Part shown: piece by piece, positions 51,689 to 61,026 of the stretch
How the letters are laid out: each line of letters begins with the position of its first letter
How positions within the stretch are numbered: position 1 is the first letter of the stretch
NCBI GenBank assembly: GCA_018825985.1
Contig: JAHKAP010000035.1
Coordinates: 1 to 62,788 of the forward strand
Direction: 5' to 3'
Length of the DNA: 62,788 nucleotides
DNA from: Candidatus Omnitrophota bacterium
Lineage (GTDB): Bacteria; Omnitrophota; Gorgyraeia; Gygaellales; Profunditerraquicolaceae
Made by a program: the position numbers and the translations under genes
The notes under the pieces: generated by a model
The model's input: only the letters and a program-made list of their open reading frames with translations
Told to the model about the DNA's origin: nothing
The model's database searches: none

Positions 51689-52933
51689 ATGAGTCAGGAA
51701 TTATTAAGCATAATCGAGCAGTTGGAGAGGGAGAAGGGTATAAAAAAAGAAGTTTTGGTAGCGGCAGTGGAGAGCGCAATTTTAAGCGCTGCCCGCAAGG
51801 TAATCGACACTAAGCCCGGAGAAGAGTTAAGTGTTAAGGTTGATCTATCCAACGGCAAGATCCACGCTTATAAAAACGAAGAAGAGATCACTTCTTTTGA
51901 TTTCGGCAGGATCGCTGCTTCTACCGCCAGGCAGGTAGTAATTCAGAAGATCCGGGAGGCTGAAAAGGATGTGATCTTTAATGAATTCCAGGCCAGGGTA
52001 GGTGAACTTACCAGCGGCACGGTTTACAGGTTTGAAAAAGGAAATACAATTATTGATCTTCTGGGCAAGGCCGAAGGCATACTTTTAAAAAGGGAGCAAT
52101 CAACTAAAGAAGAATTCAAACAGGGCCAGCGGATCCGGGCTTATGTCCTGGAGGTAAGAAAAGAGCTTAAGGGCCCTCAGATCATCCTTTCCCGGGCCCA
52201 TCCCAGCCTGGTGAAGAAATTATTCGAATTAGAAGTCCCGGAGATATACGATGGAACAGTGGAAATAAAAGCCATCTCCCGCCAGGCAGGAGAGCGTACC
52301 AAGATCGCGGTTGCTTCCAAGAATGAAAAAGTGGATTCAGTGGGCGCTTGTGTGGGGATGCGGGGGAACCGGGTGAAAAATGTCGTTAACGAACTACAAG
52401 GTGAGAAAATCGATATTGTGCGTTATAATGAAGATATAAAGGAATATATCAAGGCCGCGCTTTTACCGGCTGAAATATCGGAGATAAAATTAGATAAAGC
52501 TAATAAGCGGGCCGAGGTAATTGTGGCTAATGATCAGCTTTCTTTGGCTATCGGAAAACATGGCCAGAATGTGCGTTTAGCGTCTAAGTTGATCGGCTGG
52601 GAACTGGATATCCGGACCAAAGAGACTGCTGCGGCTGTTGTTGCTGCTGCGGAAGCTGCGGCTGCTGAAGCTGCCAGCCGGGTTAAATTGGCTGCCGAGG
52701 CGCTTGAAGAAGAAAAGGTAAGGGTAGAGGTAGAGCAAAAAGCAAAAACAAAAGCCAAGAAGGCTAAAACCAGGGCTAAAATTGAATCCAAAACCAAAGC
52801 AGAGGCTAAGCCTAAGACAGAGGCAAGAGCCAAAACTAAGGCCGAACCTAAAGTTAAGGCTCCGGCTAAAACCAAGACCGTCAAGCCAAAGGCTGAAAAA
52901 AAGAGCAGAAAAACATCAGCCGTGAAAGAATAG
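51689..52933 (+). CDS. nusA: transcription termination/antitermination factor NusA with Lys/Ala-rich C-terminal tail
   Basis: S1/KH layout (GxxIRAYV..., VGACVGMRGNRVKNV, LAIGKHGQNVRLASKL), then AAAVVAAAEAAAAEAA followed by KAKTKAKKAKTRAK... Confidence 0.9.
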   Translation: MSQELLSIIEQLEREKGIKKEVLVAAVESAILSAARKVIDTKPGEELSVKVDLSNGKIHAYKNEEEITSFDFGRIAASTARQVVIQKIREAEKDVIFNEFQARVGELTSGTVYRFEKGNTIIDLLGKAEGILLKREQSTKEEFKQGQRIRAYVLEVRKELKGPQIILSRAHPSLVKKLFELEVPEIYDGTVEIKAISRQAGERTKIAVASKNEKVDSVGACVGMRGNRVKNVVNELQGEKIDIVRYNEDIKEYIKAALLPAEISEIKLDKANKRAEVIVANDQLSLAIGKHGQNVRLASKLIGWELDIRTKETAAAVVAAAEAAAAEAASRVKLAAEALEEEKVRVEVEQKAKTKAKKAKTRAKIESKTKAEAKPKTEARAKTKAEPKVKAPAKTKTVKPKAEKKSRKTSAVKE

Positions 52934-52939
52934 GATAAT

Positions 52940-55114
52940 ATGACCGAAGATAGAAAGAAAAAAACCAAGACAAAGGCAGAAGCAAAGATTAAGCCTAAGG
53001 CAAAAACAGAGACCAGGGCTAAGCCTAAAGCTAAGCCTGTGGTAAAACCAAAGGCGGTTAAAAAAGAGATTAAACCAGCGCCTAAACCTAAGATAGTTGA
53101 AAAACCTAAGGCGGCTAAGGCGGGCCTGCATAAAACTAAAGTTGTTGAAAAACAGGCCCATCTTCCGGTAAAAGAAGAGGTTAGGCCCAAGGTCGAGGCA
53201 AAACTAAAAGTAGAGGCGCATAAGCCGGTAGTTGCTGAACCGGCAAAACATGCTCCAACTGTGGCCCAACCTCCGAAGCCTACGGCTGTCGAAGCCCCTA
53301 AGCCGGTAATTGAACCTCCTAAGCCTATATTAGTTCCTCCTCCTGTAACGCTGACTAAAGAATTGGAACTAGAATTACCTATTACTGTTAAAGACCTGGC
53401 TATTAGGCTGGTGGATAAATCTTCCAACCTGATCAAGACTTTGATGGGTATGGGTGTTATGGCGGGGTTAAATAATTTTCTCAAAGAAGAGATAGTGGCT
53501 AAGGTCTGTGAAAAATATGGTTTTGCGGTTAAAAAAGCCTTGGCTAAAGAAGAGATAGCCTTAGAATTACATACAGACGCAGATTCTCAGGAACAATTAA
53601 AGCCGCGGTCTCCGATAGTTACTTTAATGGGACATGTAGACCATGGCAAGACTTCGCTTTTGGACGCTATCCGCAAGAGTAAAGTCGCGGAATCAGAACA
53701 CGGCGGGATTACCCAGCATATCGGGGCTTACCGGGTGGTTCTGCCCCACGGCGAGATCACTTTTTTAGATACCCCCGGCCATGAGGCTTTTACAGCCATG
53801 CGAGCAAGAGGAGCTAAGGTCACGGATATGGTGATTTTAGTTGTAGCTGCTGATGATGGTATTATGCCTCAGACCAAAGAAGCGATCGACCATGCCCGGG
53901 CCGCCGGAGTTTCAATAATCGTAGCAGTGAATAAAATTGATAAATCAGGCGCTGACCTGGACCGGGTTAAAAAACAATTATCCGCGCTCGACCTTACAGC
54001 TGAAGATTGGGGCGGAAAGACTATTACAGTCGCGGTATCAGCCAAGACCGGAGAAGGCATAGATACACTTTTAGAGATGGTGCTTTTAGAAGCCCAGATG
54101 ATGGAATTAAGGGCTAATCCTGACCGCTTGGCTAAAGGTATTGTGCTGGAAGCAAAACTGATCAAGAGTAAGGGGCCGATAGCGACACTCCTGGTGCAAA
54201 ACGGAACTTTGCATTTAAATGATAATATTATAGTGGGTAAATTTTACGGGAAGATCCGGGCAATGTATGATGCCCGCGGCCATTCAGTTACCAAAGCAAT
54301 GCCTTCTTTCCCGGTTGAAGTTTTAGGTATATCCGGGGTTCCTGAAGCAGGCGAACAGTTTTATGTAATTGAGGATGAAAAGACAGCCAAGAACCTGTCT
54401 TTGCAGAGACAGGAACAGGAGAGGGACCAGCAGATAATTTCAATAAAGAGGATGGGGTTGGAAGACCTGTATTCCCAGATCCAACAGGGAAAGCTTAAGG
54501 AGCTTAACCTGGTAATTAAAGCTGATGCCCAAGGGTCATTAGAGGCGATTAAAGATACCTTAGGCAGGATAAATACCGAAGAGATCAAGATGAGTATTAT
54601 CCATGACGGTATCGGCAATATCAATACTTCCGACGTGATCCTGGCGATAGCTTCTAATGCTTTGATCTTAGGTTTTAACATTGTTGTAGATGAACAGGCT
54701 AAGGAATTGATCTCCAAAGAAGGCCAGGATGTGCGCATATATAATATTATTTATGAGCTGGCTAATGACATTCGGGCGGCTTTAACCGGTATGTTGGCGC
54801 CTAAATTAAAGAAGGTATTTTTAGGCAGGGTGGAGATCAAAAAAGTATTCCGGCTTTCCTCGCACGGAGTTATTGCCGGTTGCATTGTTTCTAAGGGCAA
54901 GGTCATTCGTTCGGCTGAAGCTGAACTGGTGCGTAACGGGACAGTAATTTATACCGGAAAGATATCTTCGTTAAAGCGCTTTAAAGATGATGTTAAGGAA
55001 GTAGAAGAAGGTTTTGAGTGCGGCGTGGCTTTAGCGAATTTTGACGCTATCTTAGAAGGCGATGTGATCGAGGCTTTCCAGGTTCAGAAGATCGCCCGGG
55101 TGTTAGAGGAATAA
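52940..55114 (+). CDS. infB: translation initiation factor IF-2
   Basis: K/P/A-rich N terminus, then the G domain [20 protein letters not shown] and NKID. Confidence 0.92.
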   Translation: MTEDRKKKTKTKAEAKIKPKAKTETRAKPKAKPVVKPKAVKKEIKPAPKPKIVEKPKAAKAGLHKTKVVEKQAHLPVKEEVRPKVEAKLKVEAHKPVVAEPAKHAPTVAQPPKPTAVEAPKPVIEPPKPILVPPPVTLTKELELELPITVKDLAIRLVDKSSNLIKTLMGMGVMAGLNNFLKEEIVAKVCEKYGFAVKKALAKEEIALELHTDADSQEQLKPRSPIVTLMGHVDHGKTSLLDAIRKSKVAESEHGGITQHIGAYRVVLPHGEITFLDTPGHEAFTAMRARGAKVTDMVILVVAADDGIMPQTKEAIDHARAAGVSIIVAVNKIDKSGADLDRVKKQLSALDLTAEDWGGKTITVAVSAKTGEGIDTLLEMVLLEAQMMELRANPDRLAKGIVLEAKLIKSKGPIATLLVQNGTLHLNDNIIVGKFYGKIRAMYDARGHSVTKAMPSFPVEVLGISGVPEAGEQFYVIEDEKTAKNLSLQRQEQERDQQIISIKRMGLEDLYSQIQQGKLKELNLVIKADAQGSLEAIKDTLGRINTEEIKMSIIHDGIGNINTSDVILAIASNALILGFNIVVDEQAKELISKEGQDVRIYNIIYELANDIRAALTGMLAPKLKKVFLGRVEIKKVFRLSSHGVIAGCIVSKGKVIRSAEAELVRNGTVIYTGKISSLKRFKDDVKEVEEGFECGVALANFDAILEGDVIEAFQVQKIARVLEE

Positions 55115-55117
55115 AAT

Positions 55118-56098
55118 ATGAAAAAAAGAATACTTAGCGGTATGCGGCCTACCGGTAAACTTCATCTTGGCCATTTAGCCGGCACCCTGGATAACTGGGT
55201 CAAGCTGCAGGATGAATACGAATGTTTTTTTATGGTGGCAGACTGGCACGCCTTGATGAGCGAATATGAGGTCCCCTCAGTTTTAGTTGAATCCGGATTA
55301 GATAATGTAATAGATTGGCTTAGTTTCGGTATCGACCCCAAAAAAGCGACTATTTTTGTCCAGTCCGAGGTATCCACTCACTTGGATTTATATATGATCT
55401 TATCCTGCATTACTCCTTTAGGATGGCTGGAGAGATGCCCGACTTATAAAGAACAATTAAGGGAAATCAAATCCCGGGATTTGCATACCTATGGTTTCTT
55501 AGGTTATCCAGTGCTTCAGGCAGCGGACATTTTAATTTACAAGGCTCAGAAAGTTCCCGTAGGAGAAGACCAGCTTCCTCATCTGGAACTGACCAGGGAG
55601 ATCGCCCGCCGTTTTAATAGTCTTTACAAAAAAGAAGTTTTTCCTGACCCGGAGGCGATATTAACCAAGACCTCCAGGCTCTTAGGTTTAGACGGAAGGA
55701 AAATGAGTAAGAGTTACGATAATGCCATCAATCTTTCAGATTCTGAAGAAGTGATCAAGAAGAAGATCCAGACCATGTTCACTGACCCGAAGAGGGTAAA
55801 ATTATCGGACGTAGGTCATCCGGATACCTGTAATGTGTATTCTTATTATTTAATATACCAGCCGCAGGCAAAAGAAGACGTCCATGATTGGTGCTCAAAG
55901 GCTAAGGTAGGCTGCACTGATTGCAAGAGAAGGCTGGCATTAGGGCTCTGGGATAAATTAGCTCCTTTTAAAGCCAAACGCAAAGAATTAGAGCAGGACA
56001 AGAATCAGATCAAAAAGATTTTAGCAGAGGGCAGGGAAAAAGCCCTGGAAGCGACTTCCAAGACCATGCATGAAGTAAAGCAAGCGATGGGGATATAA
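55118..56098 (+). CDS. trpS: tryptophanyl-tRNA synthetase
   Basis: SGMRPTGKLHLGHLAG (HIGH-type) and KMSKS. Confidence 0.92.
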   Translation: MKKRILSGMRPTGKLHLGHLAGTLDNWVKLQDEYECFFMVADWHALMSEYEVPSVLVESGLDNVIDWLSFGIDPKKATIFVQSEVSTHLDLYMILSCITPLGWLERCPTYKEQLREIKSRDLHTYGFLGYPVLQAADILIYKAQKVPVGEDQLPHLELTREIARRFNSLYKKEVFPDPEAILTKTSRLLGLDGRKMSKSYDNAINLSDSEEVIKKKIQTMFTDPKRVKLSDVGHPDTCNVYSYYLIYQPQAKEDVHDWCSKAKVGCTDCKRRLALGLWDKLAPFKAKRKELEQDKNQIKKILAEGREKALEATSKTMHEVKQAMGI

Positions 56099-56107
56099 AT
56101 GTGCTCT

Positions 56108-56151
56108 ATCCGCCTTTGGCGGATCTCACTAAATGTCTGCCTTCGGCAGAC
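56108..56151 (+). terminator. two tandem short GC hairpins after trpS (terminator/REP-like)
   Basis: ATCCGCC-ttt-GGCGGAT (56108-56124) and GTCTGCC-ttc-GGCAGAC (56135-56151). No U-tract follows. Confidence 0.35.
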
Positions 56152-56165
56152 GTATATAGGTGCTC

Positions 56166-56954
56166 ATGAACTATAAGATAAAATTAGAAATATTCGAAGG
56201 GCCTTTGGACCTGCTTTTATACCTGGTTAAAAAGGACCATTTAAATATTTACGATATTCCGATTACTGCGGTAACCAAGCAGTATATGCAATACCTGGAG
56301 TTGATGCAGTCGCTGGATTTAAATATCGCTGGAGAGTTTTTAGTGATGGCAGCGACTTTGCTCCAGATAAAATCCAAAATGCTTTTACCGGCGCGAGAAG
56401 GCGAGCAGGCAATAGATGAGGAAGATGACCCCAGGCAGGATTTGGTCAGGCAGTTATTGGAATATGAGAAGTTTAAGGAAGTAGCGGAAAATCTAAGGCA
56501 GAGGGAAATATCCCAGCGGGATATTTTTAAAAGGCCGAAGACCGGTGAACCAGTTTTCCTTCCGGAGAAACAGGATGGGGATGCGCCTCCGGTTTATTTT
56601 GAAGCCAGTATATTTGACCTGATCAGCGCTTTTTCCAAAGCTTTAGAAGACGCGCCCAAGGAATTATTCTATCAGGTTATTAAAGATGAATACACGGTTG
56701 AGGATAAGGTGCATAATATCCTGCATCTGTTGCTGGTTAAGCAGGCAGTATCATTATCGGAGTTGTTTACCCAGGCCAAGACTAAAATGGAGATCATTGT
56801 TACTTTTTTAGCTATCCTGGAATTGATTAAATTAAAAGAGATTGTTGCCCGGCAGAAAGAAGTCTTTGGGGAAATTGAGGTCGCCCGTAACGACGAGAAT
56901 ATAATACCTTATAACAAACGACAAAGCAATGAAGCCCAGCAGGAAGAGAACTAA
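56166..56954 (+). CDS. scpA: segregation and condensation protein A
   Basis: FEGPLDLLLYLVKKDHLNIYDIPI. ATG 56166 is preferred over GTG 56160. Confidence 0.85.
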   Translation: MNYKIKLEIFEGPLDLLLYLVKKDHLNIYDIPITAVTKQYMQYLELMQSLDLNIAGEFLVMAATLLQIKSKMLLPAREGEQAIDEEDDPRQDLVRQLLEYEKFKEVAENLRQREISQRDIFKRPKTGEPVFLPEKQDGDAPPVYFEASIFDLISAFSKALEDAPKELFYQVIKDEYTVEDKVHNILHLLLVKQAVSLSELFTQAKTKMEIIVTFLAILELIKLKEIVARQKEVFGEIEVARNDENIIPYNKRQSNEAQQEEN

Positions 56955-58032
56955 TTCCGAGTATATCTACGCCAGTGATACCCCGGCAGGATTAGGAGGG
57001 GTCATCCCACCTGTAAATTTTCTTAAAGCCAAACAAGAAACCGAAGAAGATGTAGTTTTAAACCTTTCTTTAAGGCCTAATAAATTGACTGATTTTATCG
57101 GCCAGAAAGATATGGTGGCTAATTTAAAGGTCTGTTTAACCGCTGCCAAACAGCGCAAAGAGCCTTTAGAACACATTCTTTTTTCCGGGCCTCCGGGTTT
57201 AGGAAAAACCTGCCTGGCTCATATTATCGCCCATGAAATGCATTCCAAGATCACCGCGACTTCCGGACCGGCAATTGAAAGGGCAGGGGATCTGATCGGG
57301 ATATTAACCAACCTGGAAAAAGGGGATATTCTTTTTATTGATGAGATCCACCGCTTATCCAAAGTAGTTGAGGAATTCATTTATCCGGCAATGGAGAATT
57401 TTGAGATCGATTTTGTGATCGATAAAGGCCCATATGCCAAGACCATAAAATTCCATTTAAAGCCATTTACTTTAGTAGGGGCAACTACCCGCACCGGATT
57501 ACTGACTTCTCCTTTAAGAAGCAGGTTCGGCATATTCCACCACTTGGATTTCTACAAAATAGATGATTTAGCTGAAATCATTATGCGCTCGGCAGATATA
57601 CTTAAAGTTAAAATTGAAAATGACGCGGCAATTGCAATTGCTAAAAGAGCAAGAGGCACTCCCAGGATCGCTAATCGCTTATTGCGCCGGGTAAGGGATT
57701 TTGCCCAGGTGGAGGAGATCGCTAAAATTGATGTGGCAGTGGCATCGCGCACCTTAGATGAATTAGGGATTGATAAATCCGGGCTTGATAATTTAGACCG
57801 CAAGGTCCTTAAGCTTATTATTGATACTTATGAAGGCGGGCCAGTGGGAATTGAGTCAGTGGCTGCCAGCCTGAATGAAGAAGTCGACACCCTTGTTGAC
57901 ACTATAGAGCCTTATCTCCTCAAGGCTGGATACCTGAAACGTACCTCCCGGGGTAGACAAGTTACCAAGCTCACCTACGAACACTTCGGGATTGCAAATA
58001 AAGATAATCAAAAAGAATTATTCGATAAATAA
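56929..58032 (+). CDS. ruvB: Holliday junction branch migration helicase RuvB
   Basis: LRPNKLTDFIGQ, GPPGLGKTCLAHIIA, IDEIHRL and RGTPRIANRLLRRVRD. Confidence 0.92.
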   Translation: MKPSRKRTNSEYIYASDTPAGLGGVIPPVNFLKAKQETEEDVVLNLSLRPNKLTDFIGQKDMVANLKVCLTAAKQRKEPLEHILFSGPPGLGKTCLAHIIAHEMHSKITATSGPAIERAGDLIGILTNLEKGDILFIDEIHRLSKVVEEFIYPAMENFEIDFVIDKGPYAKTIKFHLKPFTLVGATTRTGLLTSPLRSRFGIFHHLDFYKIDDLAEIIMRSADILKVKIENDAAIAIAKRARGTPRIANRLLRRVRDFAQVEEIAKIDVAVASRTLDELGIDKSGLDNLDRKVLKLIIDTYEGGPVGIESVAASLNEEVDTLVDTIEPYLLKAGYLKRTSRGRQVTKLTYEHFGIANKDNQKELFDK

Positions 58033-58135
58033 CGGCTAGCGGGTCCTGCCCGAAGGAGGCAGCTCTTGGGCCCCTCCGCCCGGTGTGGATCCTCCCAATC
58101 GCCGCCATCCTTCGGTCACCCGCTAGCAGACCTTT
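58033..58135 (+). other. GC-rich ~100-nt structured element closing with an 11-bp stem and U-tract (large terminator or boundary element)
   Basis: GGCTAGCGGGT ... ACCCGCTAGC encloses internal hairpins (CTGCC-cgaagga-GGCAG) and is followed by CTTTTTT. It marks the switch from the core block to AT-rich island DNA. Confidence 0.5.
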
Positions 58136-58145
58136 TTTATCAAAT

Positions 58146-58191
58146 ATTTCTTTGTTGAGAATGAGGGTGTTTAAAATATGTCTCGCTATCC
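58146..58191 (+). repeat. degenerate copy of the island junction element
   Basis: atttctttgttgagaatgagggtgtttaaaatatgtctcgctatcc aligns loosely with ttctttgaaaatagtgagttagatttggtctcttctcgcgtctatt at 61812. Confidence 0.35.
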
Positions 58192-58224
58192 AAAAAATGA
58201 TTACTCTATAATGAGAGGAAATAT

Positions 58225-60591
58225 ATGGTAACCAATCCAAAAGAAAACTATAGATATTGTGCTTTTACAGGTTCACTTTGTAATAAATTATTGCCTAATG
58301 AGAATGATTTAAAGGTATTCTTTGCCTACCCGTCAGTACCTAAAATTAATGGCTATATGAATGATATTTGTAATCATGTAGAGTTAAAAGGGATGGATCT
58401 TTTTCCTTGGATAAACTTAAGTGATTCAGGGGGGATCATCTTTTGTAAAATATGCTCTCACATATTAGAATCACACGCTATTGTTGCAGACATTACATAT
58501 ATAAACCAAAATGTACTTTTTGAACTTGGATTTGGTATAGCAAATGGAAAAATACCAATACTCATAAAAGAAGAAAGCAGAAGTGGTAATGTTATTGATA
58601 TTTTGAAAGATATAAAACGTATCGATTATTCTGATATCGACGCTTTGGCTGGAAAATTATATGGAGCTTTTTTTTCAGAATTCACCTTTTCTGATTTATC
58701 CGATACTTCTGATAATCCCCAAGTTTTCTTTATAAATGCAGATGCGAACATGCCTATTAAAAGACCTATATATAAATATTTGGAAGAAAATTGTCGAGAT
58801 TTTCTATTTAATATACAAATTGATGATTCTTCTGAAATCTCGAGCCATAAATTAATCCATCTATTAAAAACTATTAATAAGAGTGAATTGATTGTATGTC
58901 ACATGGTAGGAATTGATTATAAAGGATATGATGAAATAAATGCCCAAGTAGCTTTTCTAGCTGGCTATGCTTTGGGGAAACAGAAAAAGATTATAATACT
59001 TCAGGAGTATCCATCTGATAAGATGCTTGATTTGCAACAGGTAAGGCGTGTGTATAGAGATAAAAAAGAAGCTCTCCAACTTCTAGAAAATTGGTTGAGA
59101 CCGATTAAGGACGCGAAATTAAAGATTTTAGAAAATGAAAAGAAAAACAAAGAACAAGCTGTTCTTAAGGAACAATTATCTTTAGCTTTGGGTCATCCTG
59201 CTGCGGAATATGACTCCAATTTAGATGATTCTTTTATTGAAACAAATGATTTCTTAGAAGCGAGGAGATTTAGGAAAGATTTGTTTATTGGTCGTAGGGG
59301 TACCGGGAAAACAGCTAATTTTCTCCAACTCAGTAAAGATTTTAAGAGACATCCTCGGAATATTGTGGTTGAAATAGTACCTTCTAAATTACAATTAATT
59401 AGTACTATCGACTATTTGTATAGTAGGGCAGGAAATGAACGCGTTACTGCACTTTTCGAGATGTTTTGGCAGTATTTAATTCTTACGGAGATTGCTATTC
59501 AATGTCAGAGATATGAAGTAACTAATAATTTTATGGTGGATCCTGGATCATTTCATGATGTAGTAACGCTTCTGGAAGAGTATGTTGATACGCATACGGA
59601 ATTTGACATTCGGTTTAATGATATAATTAATAGATTTTGCGATGTAGTCATGCAATCTAAAACAAATGACCTTAGAGCTATCATTCTACAAAATTTTTAT
59701 AAAGAGTATTTTCCAAAAATGCAGAAAGCTGTTTTAAAAATTAGCAATCATCATCCTATAGTAGTTTTAATTGATAATTTGGACAAAGATTGGGACAAAA
59801 AAAATATATCAAGCATTTCCGCTTTAGTTAATTCGCTTTTTGATATTATGAATAGAATTAACGTTAATAGTTCATTTGGAGATTGTAAGGTAGTATGCTT
59901 TCTAAGGACGGATATTTATCAAATATCATCAAAATATGATTCTGACTTTGATAAAAGACAACCTCAGGCATTAAAGTGGGATAAAGAATTGCTGAAGGCA
60001 GTTATTTGTGAACGTATAGCTTCTGCTAAAGGAATAGTTGGCGGCAATTATGATGATTTGTGGAGGGCTGTATTCGGAAATAATGTCGGGTCTATTGTAA
60101 ATGTGTTTGATTATATTATGGAAAAGACGATGCTAAGACCAAGGGATATTTTAACATTTTGTACCTATATTTTAGATAATATGATGAAAAAGGAAAAGAC
60201 TGTCGTAGATGAACAAATTATTCTTGAATCGGAGAAGCTTTATTCCGATTATTTATTGAGAAGTATAAGGCAAGAGTATATGATTGGATATCCTGACATT
60301 GATGATATATGTGCGGAGATATTTTTTGGAAGAAATACATTTTTTACTGAAAGTCAATTAAGAGAGAGAGTAGCAAATTATGCAGTTTCAAGATCAGAAT
60401 ATGGAATTGATGACATTATCGCATTTTGTTTTAAAAGCGGCATGTTAGGTATTGAAATTAATAATGTTATGCATTTTGAATATGAGGGCAAAGACTATAA
60501 TTTACTTATAAGTCAAGCACGTAAAAATCCTAAAGATTTTAATTTTATTGTCCATCCCGGACTTCGTGAGGTTTTAGAAACTAAATCATAA
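58225..60591 (+). CDS. tandem TIR-like/nucleoside-2-deoxyribosyltransferase-like domains fused to a P-loop NTPase (defence-type protein)
   Basis: aa 28-115: VFFAYP ... VADITYINQNVLFELGFGIANGKIPILI (flavodoxin-fold TIR/NDT-like with a conserved Glu). aa 165-262: a second copy with FLAGYALGKQKKIIIL in which the Glu is lost. Walker A is GRRGTGKT (nt 59290-59313) and Walker B is VVLIDNLD (nt ~59761-59784). The gene is AT-rich. Confidence 0.65.
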   Translation: MVTNPKENYRYCAFTGSLCNKLLPNENDLKVFFAYPSVPKINGYMNDICNHVELKGMDLFPWINLSDSGGIIFCKICSHILESHAIVADITYINQNVLFELGFGIANGKIPILIKEESRSGNVIDILKDIKRIDYSDIDALAGKLYGAFFSEFTFSDLSDTSDNPQVFFINADANMPIKRPIYKYLEENCRDFLFNIQIDDSSEISSHKLIHLLKTINKSELIVCHMVGIDYKGYDEINAQVAFLAGYALGKQKKIIILQEYPSDKMLDLQQVRRVYRDKKEALQLLENWLRPIKDAKLKILENEKKNKEQAVLKEQLSLALGHPAAEYDSNLDDSFIETNDFLEARRFRKDLFIGRRGTGKTANFLQLSKDFKRHPRNIVVEIVPSKLQLISTIDYLYSRAGNERVTALFEMFWQYLILTEIAIQCQRYEVTNNFMVDPGSFHDVVTLLEEYVDTHTEFDIRFNDIINRFCDVVMQSKTNDLRAIILQNFYKEYFPKMQKAVLKISNHHPIVVLIDNLDKDWDKKNISSISALVNSLFDIMNRINVNSSFGDCKVVCFLRTDIYQISSKYDSDFDKRQPQALKWDKELLKAVICERIASAKGIVGGNYDDLWRAVFGNNVGSIVNVFDYIMEKTMLRPRDILTFCTYILDNMMKKEKTVVDEQIILESEKLYSDYLLRSIRQEYMIGYPDIDDICAEIFFGRNTFFTESQLRERVANYAVSRSEYGIDDIIAFCFKSGMLGIEINNVMHFEYEGKDYNLLISQARKNPKDFNFIVHPGLREVLETKS

Positions 60592-60640
60592 AACTAGGGG
60601 ACGGTTCTGTTTATTTGGTAATTCTGAGACTGAATAATTA

Positions 60641-60659
60641 GGGACAGCGACTATTTTTT
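60641..60659. repeat. solo left arm of the GGGACAGCGACTATTTTTT palindromic element
   Basis: Identical 19-mer to 33501-33519, but no matching right arm follows. Confidence 0.7.
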
Positions 60660-60674
60660 AAACTATAGTAAATA

Positions 60675-60708
60675 GGGACACCCCGTAATTCAATCGGCAG
60701 GGTGTCCC
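60675..60708. repeat. hairpin repeat AATAGGGACACCC-N16-GGGTGTCCC
   Basis: Arms at 60675-60683 and 60700-60708. A homologous element lies at 62575-62608. Confidence 0.75.
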
Positions 60709-60777
60709 CTAAACTCGGGGAAGGGCGGTGGCGAGGCGGCGGTTGAGAAGAATAGAAGTATACTGAGTGATAGAAAA

Positions 60778-60812
60778 GTTTGTTAGATTTACGCAATTAA
60801 AGCGTCTATTAG
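60778..60812 (+). repeat. island junction element, copy A (contains GTTAGAT)
   Basis: gtttgttagatttacgcaattaaagcgtctattag is preceded by the GC-rich gggcggtggcgaggcggcggttgag (60723-60747). Confidence 0.6.
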
Positions 60813-60910
60813 TAGTAGAAAGTAAGTGGTCGCAGATTGCAACCAGTTTATAGGGTATAAATCTTTAAAAAGACATAATTATGTGGCATACTTTAAATAG
60901 GAAAAAGATA

Positions 60911-60939
60911 TTGACTATCGAGATATTATATGGTATAAA
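60911..60939 (+). promoter_or_regulatory. sigma70-like promoter upstream of a short structured RNA and the NYN gene
   Basis: TTGACT (60911-60916), 17-nt spacer, TATAAA (60934-60939). Confidence 0.5.
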
Positions 60940-60945
60940 AAATAA

Positions 60946-61009
60946 TCATCCCAGCGAGATCTCGTATCTTGCTGGCCCCGAACTCTTCGTGAGTTCGGGA
61001 TTTTTTTTT
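60946..61009 (+). ncRNA. candidate ~60-nt small RNA / attenuator leader (two hairpins + U9 terminator)
   Basis: Hairpin 1 is CCAGC-N15-GCTGG (60951-60975). Hairpin 2 is CCCGAACTC-ttcgt-GAGTTCGGG (60977-60999), followed by A and T9 (61001-61009). It starts about 7 nt after the -10 box and ends 17 nt before the NYN ATG. Confidence 0.45.
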
Positions 61010-61026
61010 ATATAGCGGATTAAGAT

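Noticed and set aside
52534-53484. 316-aa ORF on the minus strand spanning the nusA-infB junction.
   Set aside because: It is a low-complexity Ala/Leu/Gly/Ser/Thr/Phe mirror image of the Lys/Ala/Pro-rich coding repeats of nusA and infB. Both + strand genes have unambiguous conserved domains.
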